Below, one piece after another: positions 14,440 through 26,490 of a stretch of 64,000 bases of DNA. The position numbers and the translations under genes were made by a program. The notes beneath the pieces were generated by a model that made no database searches, was not told the origin of the DNA, and saw only the letters and a program-made list of their open reading frames with translations. This DNA is from Neoechinorhynchus agilis (Eukaryota; Animalia; Acanthocephala): assembly GCA_051530055.1 (NCBI GenBank), contig CM121342.1, positions 13,035,480-13,099,479 on the forward strand. The letters are read 5' to 3'. The stretch's first letter is position 1. Each line of letters opens with the position of its first letter.

Positions 14440-15486
14440 ATGGATATTCAGTTCAGTGAATGTAAAGGGTGTATTTGCCTTGTGTGTGGTATTCCTGGTT
14501 CCGGAAAGTCAGTGCTCGCGCGGAAATTATCCGCTACTAAGCACCCGTTTATAAGAATGATTTATCTTGACGTTGATGCATTTATTGATAGCGATCGAAG
14601 ATGCAGGCAAGACGGATTCTCTGCCGGGGAACGCCGGTTAGCCTTTATTAAGCGCTTGAGCAAATCGCTAAAGGGAAACGAAGTTGATGAGGAATTGGGG
14701 AACTTTAGCGTAGTGGAGGGTAAAAAGCTTATTCTGATGATCGAAGGAATCGATTTTGACTCATCGCATTCTCTTGTTGGTGCTTTTGGAAATGCCTAGC
14801 ATTTTTGTCACGAGCGTATCTATATAAATATAGAAATCCAGTTTATAGCTTTTACCAAAAAAGCTTAAAAATTTAGTAAAACTTCTATATTTTTATTATA
14901 GGCCTGCACTTTTTTCCGTTGCTTAGTAGAAATTACACGTTACACTAATTTTTGTTCAAATTCTCTTATATCTATATTTAAACCTCGTTAAATCGATTTT
15001 TTCCACGAAATCGACGATACATTTCATTATTCCAAGATGCGAAACGCGTTTCGGCGGTTGAGCATCGAAATGGCGAATATGGCGTTTTGTATGATATTCA
15101 CCAACAACGATCTACAGCGGGCTTTGGAATTGAACCGTAGTCGCAATGAAGACAAACGGCTCGATGACAGTATTGTCAAGAGCATATCATTGAAGTTCGA
15201 GTATCCATCTGAACGAGAGAGGTGCCTCCTTTTGTGCGACCACGACCTTAAAGTGTGCCTAAATTTTATTCTGGAAACTGTATATGAATTCAAAAGAGAT
15301 AAAATCATTCAGACGATATCTCCTGTGCACGAATGTGACATTTCTCTTCGTCGGTTAGTGAGTGAAAACTGTCAGAAATTGAGTGATCCTCAAGAGCGAA
15401 GGCTCATTTGCGAAATAAACCAACAGATTCTCATTGGGGAAGCTCACCTCGAGAATCTTTTCAATAAAAAAGAGAACTTTAGATGA
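14440..15486 (+). CDS. PSTK: L-seryl-tRNA(Sec) kinase, split by a non-GT-AG segment at 14741-15010
   Basis: P-loop CLVCGIPGSGKS. After joining: LILMIDDTFHYSKMRN (cf. LVLDDNFYYQSMR), FCMIF..DLQRALELN.SR and HECDISLRRLVS. Confidence 0.8.
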
Positions 15487-16246
15487 CGTTAGAGAAGGAC
15501 GTTTGAATGCCAATGATTGTCGGCAGGAATTTGAGAAGAGACTGCATGACTCTCTTTGTTCCTCTTTCAGATAAAAGCGCAATGTTCAGACTGAATGCCA
15601 TAAGACCAATAGTATCTCGCATTCTAAATGTGGTTAGTATGAATATTCGAGAAGCTCCAAGTAGACTTTTTATCTGAGTGAAAGCGTAGAACAAAACTTC
15701 ATCTTAAAATGAAAGTCCGAGTCTCAATTGCACTTGAGGTCAATATGCTGCTTATTGAAAATCTTCAAGTTGTAAAATTATTGTTTAGAAGTCTTCAACC
15801 TGTAAAGGTTTTTTAAAGACGTTCTGCAAACATCGTCGGGTTTATCATCAATTTGTTTGTTATTAAAATACACTCCCCGGTAACTCACATATTGACATGT
15901 TTAAGTTGTTTTTATGTACCGATATGAATATTGAATTAAACTTTGTCTTTATGCGCTCTAGTCACAGACTCGAATGCTTTCTATCTTTTAGTTTCAATTC
16001 CCGTTTAGCGGATAAACGTCCTATAATGATGAATCCAATCTCTCTAAGGAAGCCTATAAAATCTCTAGTAAAATTTCGACAAATCCAGTTTTACATTTCT
16101 GCGTTTGGTTGGTCCTTTTCAATTAATGACAACACTTATATTTTTTAATCGATGCATCCTTCTAAAAACGAAATAAATTAACTTTCCCCCGATAATACAT
16201 TCTACCAAATCATCGATAAAAAATCCTTCGGGTTAGTCAAAGTATA

Positions 16247-16462
16247 ATTTTGGTGATAATAATCCCGGTAATAGCACATTTGATTTTTATTTATTGGAAA
16301 TATTTCGCCAGGTGACCTCGCCTCATCAGTCATTGCTTGTAAGTTTTTACTCGAATATTTAAAATCTTACAAGCAATGACTGATGAGGCGAGGTCACCTC
16401 GCGAAATATTTCCAATAAATCAAAATCAAATGTGCTGTTACCGGGATTATTATCACCAAAAT
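16247..16462. mobile_element. ~215 bp near-perfect palindrome of two PLE-type termini (family A) with minimal hammerhead
   Basis: Arms of ~95 bp. 16380-16410 reads CTGATGA-G-GCGAGG-TCA-CCTCGC-GAAA-TA-T-T followed by AATAAA. Confidence 0.75.
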
Positions 16463-16522
16463 AATAATTTTATCAAGTCTACAATGCTGTAATTCATTAT
16501 TCGTTACTTTTAAGAGACATCC

Positions 16523-18515
16523 ATGTTTTCGGTTGTTCTAATCATTCGCCCTGAAAACGTTATCTATATATCACTCTGCCTTTTCTAAAATAAAGAATCG
16601 GAGCTCAAACAAATTCTTGTCAACTTTAATCACCCCAAGAGAAAGTCAAGTCATTGAACCTGAAACGAGAGTGACAAAGCTTTCTAATGGAATCACAGTA
16701 GCTTCTGAAGAGTATCATCTGTCCACTTGTACGGTTAGTAATCCCTTATCGTGCATTTCGCATTACGTTTGTAAAAAGGTTGGTGTTTGGATAGATGCTG
16801 GAAGTCGGTACGAGACCGATAAAACTAACGGAACCGCCCACTTTCTTGAACATATGGCATTTAAGGTAATTTTCAACATATTCCGCAAAGAAACCCCGAC
16901 ATATCACTTATAAGGGCACTAAATCACAAAACCAACAAGACCTTGAACTATGCGTTGAAAATATAGGAGCACAGTTGAACGCCTATACGAGTCGAGAGCA
17001 GACGACCTATTATGCAAAATGCCTTTCCACGGATCTCGAGAAATGTAGATAATTTGTCAAAAAAATTGAATTTCTTAAAACTTTTCAAAATAAGGTGTTA
17101 ACATTTTATCGGATATACTTCAAAACGGAGTTTATGGAAGCGGAGAAATTGAACGTGAGCGTGACGTTATTTTGCGTGAGATGCAGGAAGTAGAAAATAA
17201 CGTCCAAGAACTCGTTTTTGATCACCTAAAGTCACTCGAGTTCTTTGGTTTTCTTTCCTAAAAGAACTCGTGGCAGTACATTCGTGTGCTTATCAAGGAA
17301 CACCTCTTGGATGGACAATCCTTGGACCGGTTGAAAATATAAAGTAAGTGAACTTTTGTTATTCGCTGGGTTTAACCGCCATTTAAAAGGAGTATTAAGC
17401 GTCAAGATCTTTTGGAGTACGTAAGTGAACACTACATCCCAGAAAATATTGTTGTGGCTGCTGCTGGTGGCGTAAACCATGATCATCTTGTTTCAATCAT
17501 AGAAAAGACTTTTGGTAAAATGAAGAACGATCATTCGCCTGAGCTTATTCAGAAAATCGTTGAGAGGAAAAGACCGTGTAGATTTACTGGAAGTGAAGTT
17601 CGCATAGAACTGGGGTTCTCGAGTTTGTTTTTGTGGGACTCATTATTGCAATTGCATCGACGATTTTTTGCAAAGATTTGATCTATTTAAACGGTAAGAA
17701 CAAAACGTTAATCGAAATGAGGATTTTTCGCTCTCACACTCGAGATCATCCCGGTCGATAAGAGACGACGACATGCCATTGGCACACATCGCCATTGCCG
17801 TCGAAGGAACCAGCTGGTCTGATCCGGACACAATTCCATTGATGGTCGCTAACACAATCATCGGCACTTGGGACCGATCAATGTCCGGAGGAGCCAACAC
17901 TGCAGGCAAATTAGCTCGAAAGGTCGCCCGTGAAAATCTCTGCCATAGCTTCCAGGCCTTTAATACATGCTACAACGATACAGGACTATGGGGATGTTAT
18001 TTTGTTACCGATCGTCTCAAAATTGATGATATGATCACAAGCGTTCAAAGTGAATGGTTCGTATAAGAAATTCGATGGCGGATATACACAAATGCTACTT
18101 AGGTGCCGCTTGGCATCCAACGTGCTTGATAGTGAAGTGCGACGAGCCAAGAATGCGCTAAAGACCAATATGTTTCTCCAGTTGGATGGCACTACGCCTA
18201 TTTGCGAGGATATTGGTCGACAGGTTCTTTGCTACGATCGAAGGGTACCACTTTCTGAACTTGAAGCAAGGATTGAGGTTCGTCTTTTTACTTTGTGCCG
18301 CAGGTAAAACGCCTGTACGAATAGGCAGTAGATGTTGATACAATCAAACGAATGATGATCAACTATGTTTACGATAGGTGTCCAGCAGTTGTCGGCATAG
18401 GTAATCTCATATTTGCAATGAGGTTTTGAGTAACACTTAAGAGTTTTCAGGGCCGATCGAACAATTACCCCAATACGTCAGAACCAGACAAAGGATGTGC
18501 ACCGTGCTTATTTAA
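16523..18515 (+). CDS. PMPCB: Mitochondrial processing peptidase beta subunit
   Basis: [21 protein letters not shown] (HXXEH), [48 protein letters not shown]. Mostly GT-AG introns plus two non-canonical segments (17229-17278, 17606-17759). Confidence 0.95.
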
Positions 18516-18584
18516 GAACAGATTAAATCATAATTAATTATAAAAAATTACCCTATCGTTTCATTTACTATAATACGACTTCAG

Positions 18585-18887
18585 ATGTTAATTCTCCACC
18601 GATTACCGTTCTCTAGAGCGCTCTGTCCATTTTTGCGAGCAATCAAACGAAATCTTAGTGGCATCGAGTCCAAGAAAATCCTATCAAAGCTCGACCAACC
18701 CACTCACAAGCAAATCACGTACACTTGTAAGAAATGCGATCGTCCTAATTCTGCTATCTTCAGTAGACTTTCGTTCGAAAAGGGCATAGTGATCGTAAGA
18801 TGTGAAGGATGCAGAAACCTCCATTTGATAGCTGATCATCTCAGCTGGTTTCCGGACGCTGAAAATGCGTTAATAAGAAATAAATGA
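18585..18887 (+). CDS. DNLZ: DNL-type zinc finger mitochondrial Hsp70 escort protein (Hep1/Tim15)
   Basis: YTCKKC...F....FEKGIVIVRCEGCRNLHLIADHLSWF. Confidence 0.9.
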   Translation: MLILHRLPFSRALCPFLRAIKRNLSGIESKKILSKLDQPTHKQITYTCKKCDRPNSAIFSRLSFEKGIVIVRCEGCRNLHLIADHLSWFPDAENALIRNK

Positions 18888-19144
18888 CAGAAGGTTTTTG
18901 TGAAAGCTTCATAAATCAGTAGCACCTGCAAATCGCTCCACTGCATTGAACCGGTATTCCACAGTCATCTAAAGGTTTTGGTACTTGGTACCATTGACTT
19001 TATATTGTACCAGAATTAAACGAATTCCCACAAGGCAGCTCTCCACCTTCGCTTCCAATGATTTTATATGCACTTCAAAATTTACCAACTTTTTAAAAAT
19101 AATAATATTAATAATAACACGTTTGAATGTTTAAAGTAGAGGAA

Positions 19145-19520
19145 CCATATTCTTTTGGGTCCTCGTGACACTTGAGTTCTGATAATATAAATGAATGTTG
19201 CTGTTGATTTTGAAGTGGATGACGGGTTCAGTCGGGTGGAAAAGTTGATCGCTATCGGTGTAGGAGAGTTTGCTAGTTTGGGTCTTTACTCTGGTTCATT
19301 TCGGGTCATGCCATCCAAGAAGATTGAGCAGTATGAAAAATGGAGCGGAGGTATTAGGAGGTGCGAGGTCGAGGGAGGATTAAATGAATTAGGATTACGA
19401 ATGTTGTGCTCATGTGAAAACGGGAAGAGGTTTGAGAGGCGCTTTGATTGTTTGTTGAAAACCTTATAAGTGGCAAAATCAACTGTGCAAATTTTAGAGG
19501 CTCTTCGGCGATGGATTTGT
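19145..19520 (-). mobile_element. LINE 3' remnant (same family as 7715-8075 and 52375-52790)
   Basis: SHEHNIRNPNSFNPP/RPRTS.YLRS.FP C-terminal motif and shared TGGGTCCT end. Confidence 0.6.
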
Positions 19521-19716
19521 GGTCACTTTTTGATTGAACTCTACAGATTTTTTATATATAAAATGAAATGTCAGCGTTAGGACGCACTTAGAGGCAAGAA
19601 GGCGCTAAGATAAGGTTCTCTCATAATGCTATTTTCTTGTGGTTCTTTCAAATTCATTAAACTTCACACTCGAATTTCTACTCATTAATTATTTACCGAA
19701 AAGACTTACATTTTAG

Positions 19717-19959
19717 ATGTTATCTTTGTTTTTCAAGAGGTGGAAATCATCAGAATCTAGTGAATTCGAAAAATACTTTATGGATAGAGCTAATAAAATG
19801 GTAATCGAGAGCGCTAAGAAAATGAACAGGGATCGAAGGGTGGTCAGAATAAGTGGTTTCAGCATTGGATTGACTTCGCTTGCGATTTACCTATTTTGTC
19901 TTCGGCGAATTAGCAAAGAAGATTTCTTGGACACATTTGAGATTATTGAAGATGAATGA
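19717..19959 (+). CDS. COA3: Cytochrome c oxidase assembly factor 3-like
   Basis: Single TM segment followed by IYLFCLRRISKEDFLD, resembling the COA3 IY.Y....I.QE.FLD motif. Confidence 0.7.
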   Translation: MLSLFFKRWKSSESSEFEKYFMDRANKMVIESAKKMNRDRRVVRISGFSIGLTSLAIYLFCLRRISKEDFLDTFEIIEDE

Positions 19960-20023
19960 TTGGATTGTTACCATGCCAACCATATAAATTAAAAATCTCT
20001 TAGAGTTTTACTAGAGCGAAATA

Positions 20024-20575
20024 ATGATGTCTGAGAAAAGAACGGGTCGACACTTATACCGAATATATATAAATTTAGATAGGGAATGGGAAGATCATAC
20101 TAACAAATTGAAAAATACTTGTATTGTGAAAGATGCAAAGTTGATAAATCAACAGCAAGCGATTATTTATGAGTCGAATGACCACAACGGTACTGCGAAC
20201 CAATTCCAAATACAGGCGATTTCCAAAAGTGAAGATGAGGATGTCCGAACGAACGATTTATTGACGTCCAAAACGATTCTCGATTCGAATAATTATTTAT
20301 TTAGAACCAAGAAATTCGACCGGTTTATGAGTGCTGAATTGAATGGATTGAACATCGCTGAAGTACCAGGGATAGGACCTAAAAGTTCGTGTTTTCCTAC
20401 AGAAGTAATCAGAAATGCCGAAGACCTCGTTCAGTTTTACGAAGGACATGAATTTTCAAATTGGAAACCGTTTGCGTGCTATTTAATACGACACTTTGGA
20501 ATGCCAAAATATTCAGCTTGTCAATGCGCTGTTGCTATTCAAAAACGATCTGAAGCCGAAAGTGACCGAAGATAG
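20024..20575 (+). CDS. Barrier-to-autointegration factor (BAF)-like protein with ~100 aa N-terminal extension
   Basis: C-terminal FMSAELNGLNIAEVPGIG...A..L...F..YL...G....A.QC aligns by eye with BAF FVAEPMGEK.V..LAGIG...F..WL...G....S.DC. Confidence 0.6.
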   Translation: MMSEKRTGRHLYRIYINLDREWEDHTNKLKNTCIVKDAKLINQQQAIIYESNDHNGTANQFQIQAISKSEDEDVRTNDLLTSKTILDSNNYLFRTKKFDRFMSAELNGLNIAEVPGIGPKSSCFPTEVIRNAEDLVQFYEGHEFSNWKPFACYLIRHFGMPKYSACQCAVAIQKRSEAESDRR

Positions 20576-21715
20576 ATTTAATTTTGACATGTATTAATTT
20601 TTGCTTCTAGCAAATTATTAAGCTTACAGATTCAACGGTCAATTGTCCATGCACATCTTAGTCTTATAGTGATAACTGATCAGTGCACCTTAGTCAAATC
20701 ATGATACCGATAAGCACTTTGCATTAAAACATATTAATCGCTTCTAAAATGGCCGCTTTGGTCAAAAACTATATTAAGCATCTGTGAGATAACTGTAGCC
20801 AGATTTAGTTACAGTATAAGCAAAAAAATCGAAAATCGCTTCTGCCCAAATGGTTTTCTATATGCCTGAGAATGAAGATCGGCATCTAAACATTAAGTAT
20901 AGTTTATTCGTTCGTTGTTCTCGCACCAACACTCTCTTTTCATAAAATTTGGGTGTTTTTAAACTATGGAAAGTTTCTAATAAATTCGCAAGTTTGTTTT
21001 TGTGCAAATTTCGTTTGTCTACTCTTAAAGAAAATCACAGGTGAGGTGAAATTGAAGTTTAACTTCTAGAGAATGCCCATCAATACTTTTAATCGGGAAC
21101 ATAGTATTATTATCCTTCGTTCTGCAATCGACGAATGACGCCGATTCGATTTTATATACTTGTTCTTTGGCGATGAGAAGAATAGATATTGATTTATTAT
21201 TTTCAGGTTTACGCATATCCAACATTCTGCAATTTTTCTTTTAAACTGTTCAAAAACTTTTGAACTTGGGTACATAAAATTCGTTGACGTTTTCCATACT
21301 CTAAAGGGAAAATATGTAATTTTTAGCTCAAAGTCAGACGAATCGAAGCGAATTGCTTTCTCTATTTCTATAACAATTTTTTTGTGATTTTCTCAGTTCT
21401 GCTCCGTGAAACATTTTGAATAGTATACAAATTTGCTCATTTTTAATTCAACAAAATTAAATTGTATAATATTTAAATTACTTGTTTATTTGTTATAATT
21501 GCATACATTTTTGAGAAGCTTCAAACAACCCATAGAAGAAAAGGACGGTCGAAATTATTAGTAATTTCGTGATCCCGATTAACGATAAAATAATCAGAAA
21601 TTCTTTAGCGAACTATTTTTCGGTTGGAACATTTTAATACAACAAAAATTACTTCAATAAGTCTGATTATACGAGAGGGTGCGAATTTTATATTAAAATG
21701 TAAAAAAAAATTTTC

Positions 21716-21890
21716 TTTTCCAAAACAATGTGATTTATTAGAATATATAGTTTCTTCAACGCTCCTATTCATCGGCGCTGGCCAAAATGCTAGCCGCATT
21801 GCCCCGCTGCACCGCAATGCTTATTTTTTGCGCCAAGAACGACGTTGAAGAAACTGTATATTCTAATAAATCACATTGTGTTTTGGAAAA
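21716..21890. repeat. Inverted repeat with ~46 bp arms and ~80 bp spacer
   Basis: TTTTCCAAAACAATGTGATTTATTAGAATATATAGTTTCTTCAACG (21716-21761) versus its near reverse complement at 21843-21890. Confidence 0.8.
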
Positions 21891-21939
21891 AAACAAAAAA
21901 AAATTAAAATTGAAATAAAATAATAAGAATTTGGTTTAT

Positions 21940-24933
21940 GTTGAAAAGATAATTCATTGTTATTTGTTGATAGGAGAGATAAATGAAATTAAAATTTTAT
22001 TGGATATTTCGATCCACTATCTCGGATCTTCTTCAGCGATCTAAAACACATATACACCAATATTCGCAATTCACGCGTCACATAACATCCGGTGGGAGTC
22101 GCATCCTTAATTTGAAATCAGGTTTATTGCCCTCGAACGTTTCGAACCTATTTATATATAAGGATTCGATGATAATACGTTCGAAACGCCGACCATTGCA
22201 AACTAGTGTTGTAGCGCTACTAAAATCAATAGTGTGCCCTGTGTTTTTTGCATGGGCCACCACTGCGAAACTAATATCCGTGTTGCGAGTTCGCAAACTA
22301 TCAAAATCAGACTAATAATTGTGGCACACTCCACTTTCTGCACGAACATCTCAAGGAGAGTAGTTGGTATGTTGAGGTGCGCAATGGCATCTTCAGAGAG
22401 AGTGGTTTCCTCGGGAGCGGATTTTGTTTCAAGATTGAAATCGTCTTGGAATTCCCAGTATAGGATGCTGTCGGCAGATGTGATCTCCCTCTTCATCAAA
22501 ATTCCTGTCGATGTGGCAATAGATCTCGCAGTTCCTCTCCTGTCTACGAACACTGAATATAATTTAACTAATAGCGACTGGCGAAAGCTATTGCAGTTTT
22601 GCACCAGATTCTGCAACTTCCAGTTCAACGGCATCGACTATGACCAGAAAGATGGAGTAGCCATGAGCAGCCCGTTAGCCCCTGTGCTTGCTGAGCTGTA
22701 TATACGGCACTGGCAGGACGGGGTTAATATCTGGTTCAGATATGTGGATGACACGTTCCTGTTGATCCAACCTTCAGAGACTAATATGAATTGCCTTAAA
22801 CATGAACTGAATGGAAGGGACGACAATATTCAGTGGACGATCGAGGAGGAGGACCATGGTAAGTTTCCGTTCCTGGATGTGTGGATATACCGATTAGCCA
22901 GTGGAAACTACACGACCAGCGTGTACCGAAAGAGAGGTATACCAGTGGGCCTTGTGCCATGGACATCAGTCCAACCTCACAAATACAATATTTTGAGGAT
23001 TAGGTCACTTATCCACCGTGCTCTTACACATTGTAGCAACGCTAAGTTGTGTAACGAGGAGATTGATTACCTGAAGTGCATATCAGGTCGATATGGTTAT
23101 CCTCTCCATCTTGTCGAACGGTGCATTCGGAATGTGCGTCACACCTTCAATGTGGAGACAAAGTCTAAAAAGGAAGAGATCTACGTTGAACTGCCATTCC
23201 CTGATGATCATTCTTTTCTTGCTATGGAGCGCATCATAAAATCAGGATGTGAGGCCAAGATAGTAAATGTATACACAAAGAGGGGACGCACTCTACACGG
23301 ATTGATATGTCCCTAGAATGGCCAACAGTCATCTGGTGCGGTCTACAAAATTCCGTGCTCCGGTTGCGAACAGGTCTATGTGGGGCAGACCAACAATTTC
23401 ACCCGACGGATGAAGGAGCACGGCTGGGCCACCACTACGGAACTAATATCCGTGTTGCGAACAACTGATGATTTGTGCTCCTTCATCCGCCGGGTGAAAT
23501 TGTTGGTCTGCCCCACATAGACCTGTTCGCAACCGGAGCACGGAATTTTGTAGACCGCACCAGATGACTGTTGGCCATTCTAGGGACATATCAATCCGTG
23601 TAGAGTGCGTCCCCTCTTTGTGTATACATTTACTATCTTGGCCTCACATCCTGATTTTATGATGCGCTCCATAGCAAGATAAGAATGATCATCAGGGAAT
23701 GGCAGTTCAACGTAGATCTCTTCCTTTTTAGACTTTGTCTCCACATTGAAGGTGTGACGCACATTCCGAATGCACCGTTCGACAAGATGGAGAGGATAAC
23801 CATATCGACCTGATATGCACTTCAGGTAATCAATCTCCTCGTTACACAACTTAGCGTTGCTACAATGTGTAAGAGCACGGTGGATAAGTGACCTAATCCT
23901 CAAAATTTTGTATTTGTGAGGTTGGACTGATGTCCATGGCACAAGGCCCACTGGTATACCTCTCTTTCGGTACACGCTGGTCGTGTAGTTTCCACTGGCT
24001 AATCGGTATATCCACACATCCAGGAACGGAAACTTACCATGGTCCTCCTCCTCGATCGTCCACTGAATATTGTCGTCCCTTCCATTCAGTTCATGTTTAA
24101 GGCAATTCATATCAGTCTCTGAAGGTTGGATCAACAGGAACGTGTCGTCCACATATCTGAACCAGATATTAACCCCGTCCTGCCAGTGCCGTATATACAG
24201 CTCAGCAAGCACAGGGGCTAACGGGCTGCTCATGGCTACTCCATCTTTCTGGTCATAGTCGATGCCGTTGAACTGGAAGTTGCAGAATCTGGTGCAAAAC
24301 TGCAATAGCTTTCGCCAGTCGCTATTAGTTAAATTATATTCAGTGTTCGTAGACAGGAGAGGAACTGCGAGATCTATTGCCACATCGACAGGAATTTTGA
24401 TGAAGAGGGAGATCACATCTGCCGACAGCATCCTATACTGGGAATTCCAAGACGATTTCAATCTTGAAACAAAATCCGCTCCTGAGGAAACCACTCTCTC
24501 TGAAGATCCCATTGCGCTCCTCAACATACCAACTACTCTCCTTGAGATGTTCGTGCAGAAAGTGGAGTGTGCCACAATTATTAGTCTGATTTTGATAGTT
24601 TGCGAACTCGCAACACGGATATTAGTTTCGCGGTGGTGGCCCATGCAAAAAACACAGGGCACACTATTGATTTTAGTAGCGCTACAACACTAGTTTGCAA
24701 TGGTCGGCGTTTCGAACGTATTATCATTGAATCCTTATATATAAATAGGTTCGAAACGTTCGAGGGCAATAAACCTGATTTCAAATTAAGGATGCGACTC
24801 CCACCGGATGTTATGTGACACGTGAATTGAGAATCCCTGTTATATGTGTTTTAGATCGCTGAAGAAGATCCGAGATAGTGGATCGAAATATCCAATAAAA
24901 TCTTAATTTCATTTATCTCTCCTATCAACAAAA
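21940..24933. mobile_element. ~3 kb palindromic Penelope-like insertion (two RT + GIY-YIG arms, inverted pLTRs), 15 bp TSD
   Basis: PLE RT motifs (DVISLF, GVAMSSPLAP, WFRYVDD, FPFLDV) on + at 22234-23316 and on - at 23580-24662; GIY-YIG GAVYKIPC..C..VYVGQT. AAGAATTTGGTTTAT is repeated at 21925-21939 and 24934-24948. Confidence 0.95.
24859..24892 (+). ncRNA. Minimal hammerhead ribozyme in PLE terminus (also 22003-22036 and 48091-48124 on -)
   Basis: CTGAAGA-A-GATCC-GAGATAGT-GGATC-GAAA-TA-TC, with palindromic ATAT stem III typical of PLE minimal hammerheads. Stem I is weak. Confidence 0.7.
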
Positions 24934-25614
24934 AAGAATTTGGTTTATTTTCCCGAATGCTCGAAGTTTTAATCAAAAATTATTTCTCAGAAGCATTGCA
25001 ATATTAATTTGATTTTTCAATCAAAAACAATGAAAAGAAGAGAATCTCCAAATAAAAACATTTTACTTTACAAACACAATGTGTATAAGCATTTTTCAAC
25101 TTGTGTCGTTTTGAAAGGCAAAAGACAATTTATTAGTTAATAACGTTGATATTTAGTACAAATCGGCAACAATCAATAATTTGAATGCAATCTTCTTATA
25201 ATGAAATTTATTGTGAGTCAAGAATATTGAATCCCGATCCTGTTTGTAATAATTTACGCCGTCTTTCCCAATTCGAAAAGTTAAAATAAGAATGAATAAG
25301 TAGCGGATGAGCATAATTATCTGATTTTGGTGTATCTTTATTGATTTCGAATATCGATCTTTATGATTTGCAGCTTGATGATGAAGAGCGAAGTAATAAA
25401 AATAACTTGGGCCAATCAACGATTGAGCAGCACTTCTAGCAGGTGAGGAAGGTTCACGGTCGGCGAGATCAGAAAAATTCGGTGACCTTTTCCTTTTTAT
25501 CAGAACATCAATCTATCGATATGATTTTGCCTTGCTTGTGCTTCCTTTGAGATAAGAAACGCATTATTGTCTTAAGTACTCTTTTGAGCACAATTCGAGT
25601 TTAATCGAAATCAA

Positions 25615-26490
25615 TTTGATAGGTCATAAAAAGATCTAAAAATTGTTTTAACCTAGTAAATGCGAAAAACTAGACTGAAACTTGTTGCCATTTGATCGAT
25701 GAGAATTGGATGAGTCTTTTATTTGAGTAAATCGATCAATCAGTATTTTACGGGTACATAATACCTTTTGTTGTTATTAGCCGCGAATCGATTCCAGATT
25801 TTGCAATCTGCAGTGCAAATCCCAAAAGCTAAATTGCCGGCGCTTCTTCTTATGAGCGATTGAAAACGATATCAGTTTTTTTTGTCAATAGCATCACAGG
25901 TATTTAAATTCATAGCATCACAGGTATTTAAATTCATCTCTAATTAAATGGAACGTATAAAAATTTAAACGTCACAGTGAGAATCTTCGACAAGGGACCG
26001 AAACATGAGAAAAATTATAGCCGCTTAAAATGCAAATTTGTTCTGGTGTTAAAGTTCATTCGCGACAAATTTTATAGGCCATAAAAAGATCTAAGAATTG
26101 TTTTAACCTAGTAAATGGGAAAAATCAGACTGAAACATGTTGCCATTTGATCAATGAAAATTGGATGAGTCTTTTATTTGAGTAAATCGATCAATCAGTA
26201 TTTTAAGGGTACATAATACCTATTCTTGTTATTAGCCGCGAATCAATTCCAGATTTTGCAATAATGAGTTCATAAAAGCTGAATTGCCGGCGATTCTTCT
26301 TATGAATTATTGGAAAAAAAGATATCAGTTTTTTTGTCAAAAGTATCACAGGTATTTAAATTCATCTTTAATTAAATGGCACGTGTAAAATCTTAAACAT
26401 CACAGCTAGAATCTTTGGCAAGATATCGAAAAATAAGAAAAATAAGAGACGCTTAAAATGCAAATTTGTTCTGGTGTTAAAGTTCATTCG
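25615..26490 (+). repeat. ~455 bp tandem repeat, about two units (also 1-600)
   Basis: TAGG(T/C)CATAAAAAGATCTAA recurs at ~25620 and ~26076; CATCACAGGTATTTAAATTCAT recurs at 25892, 25916 and ~26346. Confidence 0.8.

Noticed and set aside
15480-15900. Small minus-strand gene between PSTK and PMPCB
   Set aside because: Short open frames with no family I can support.
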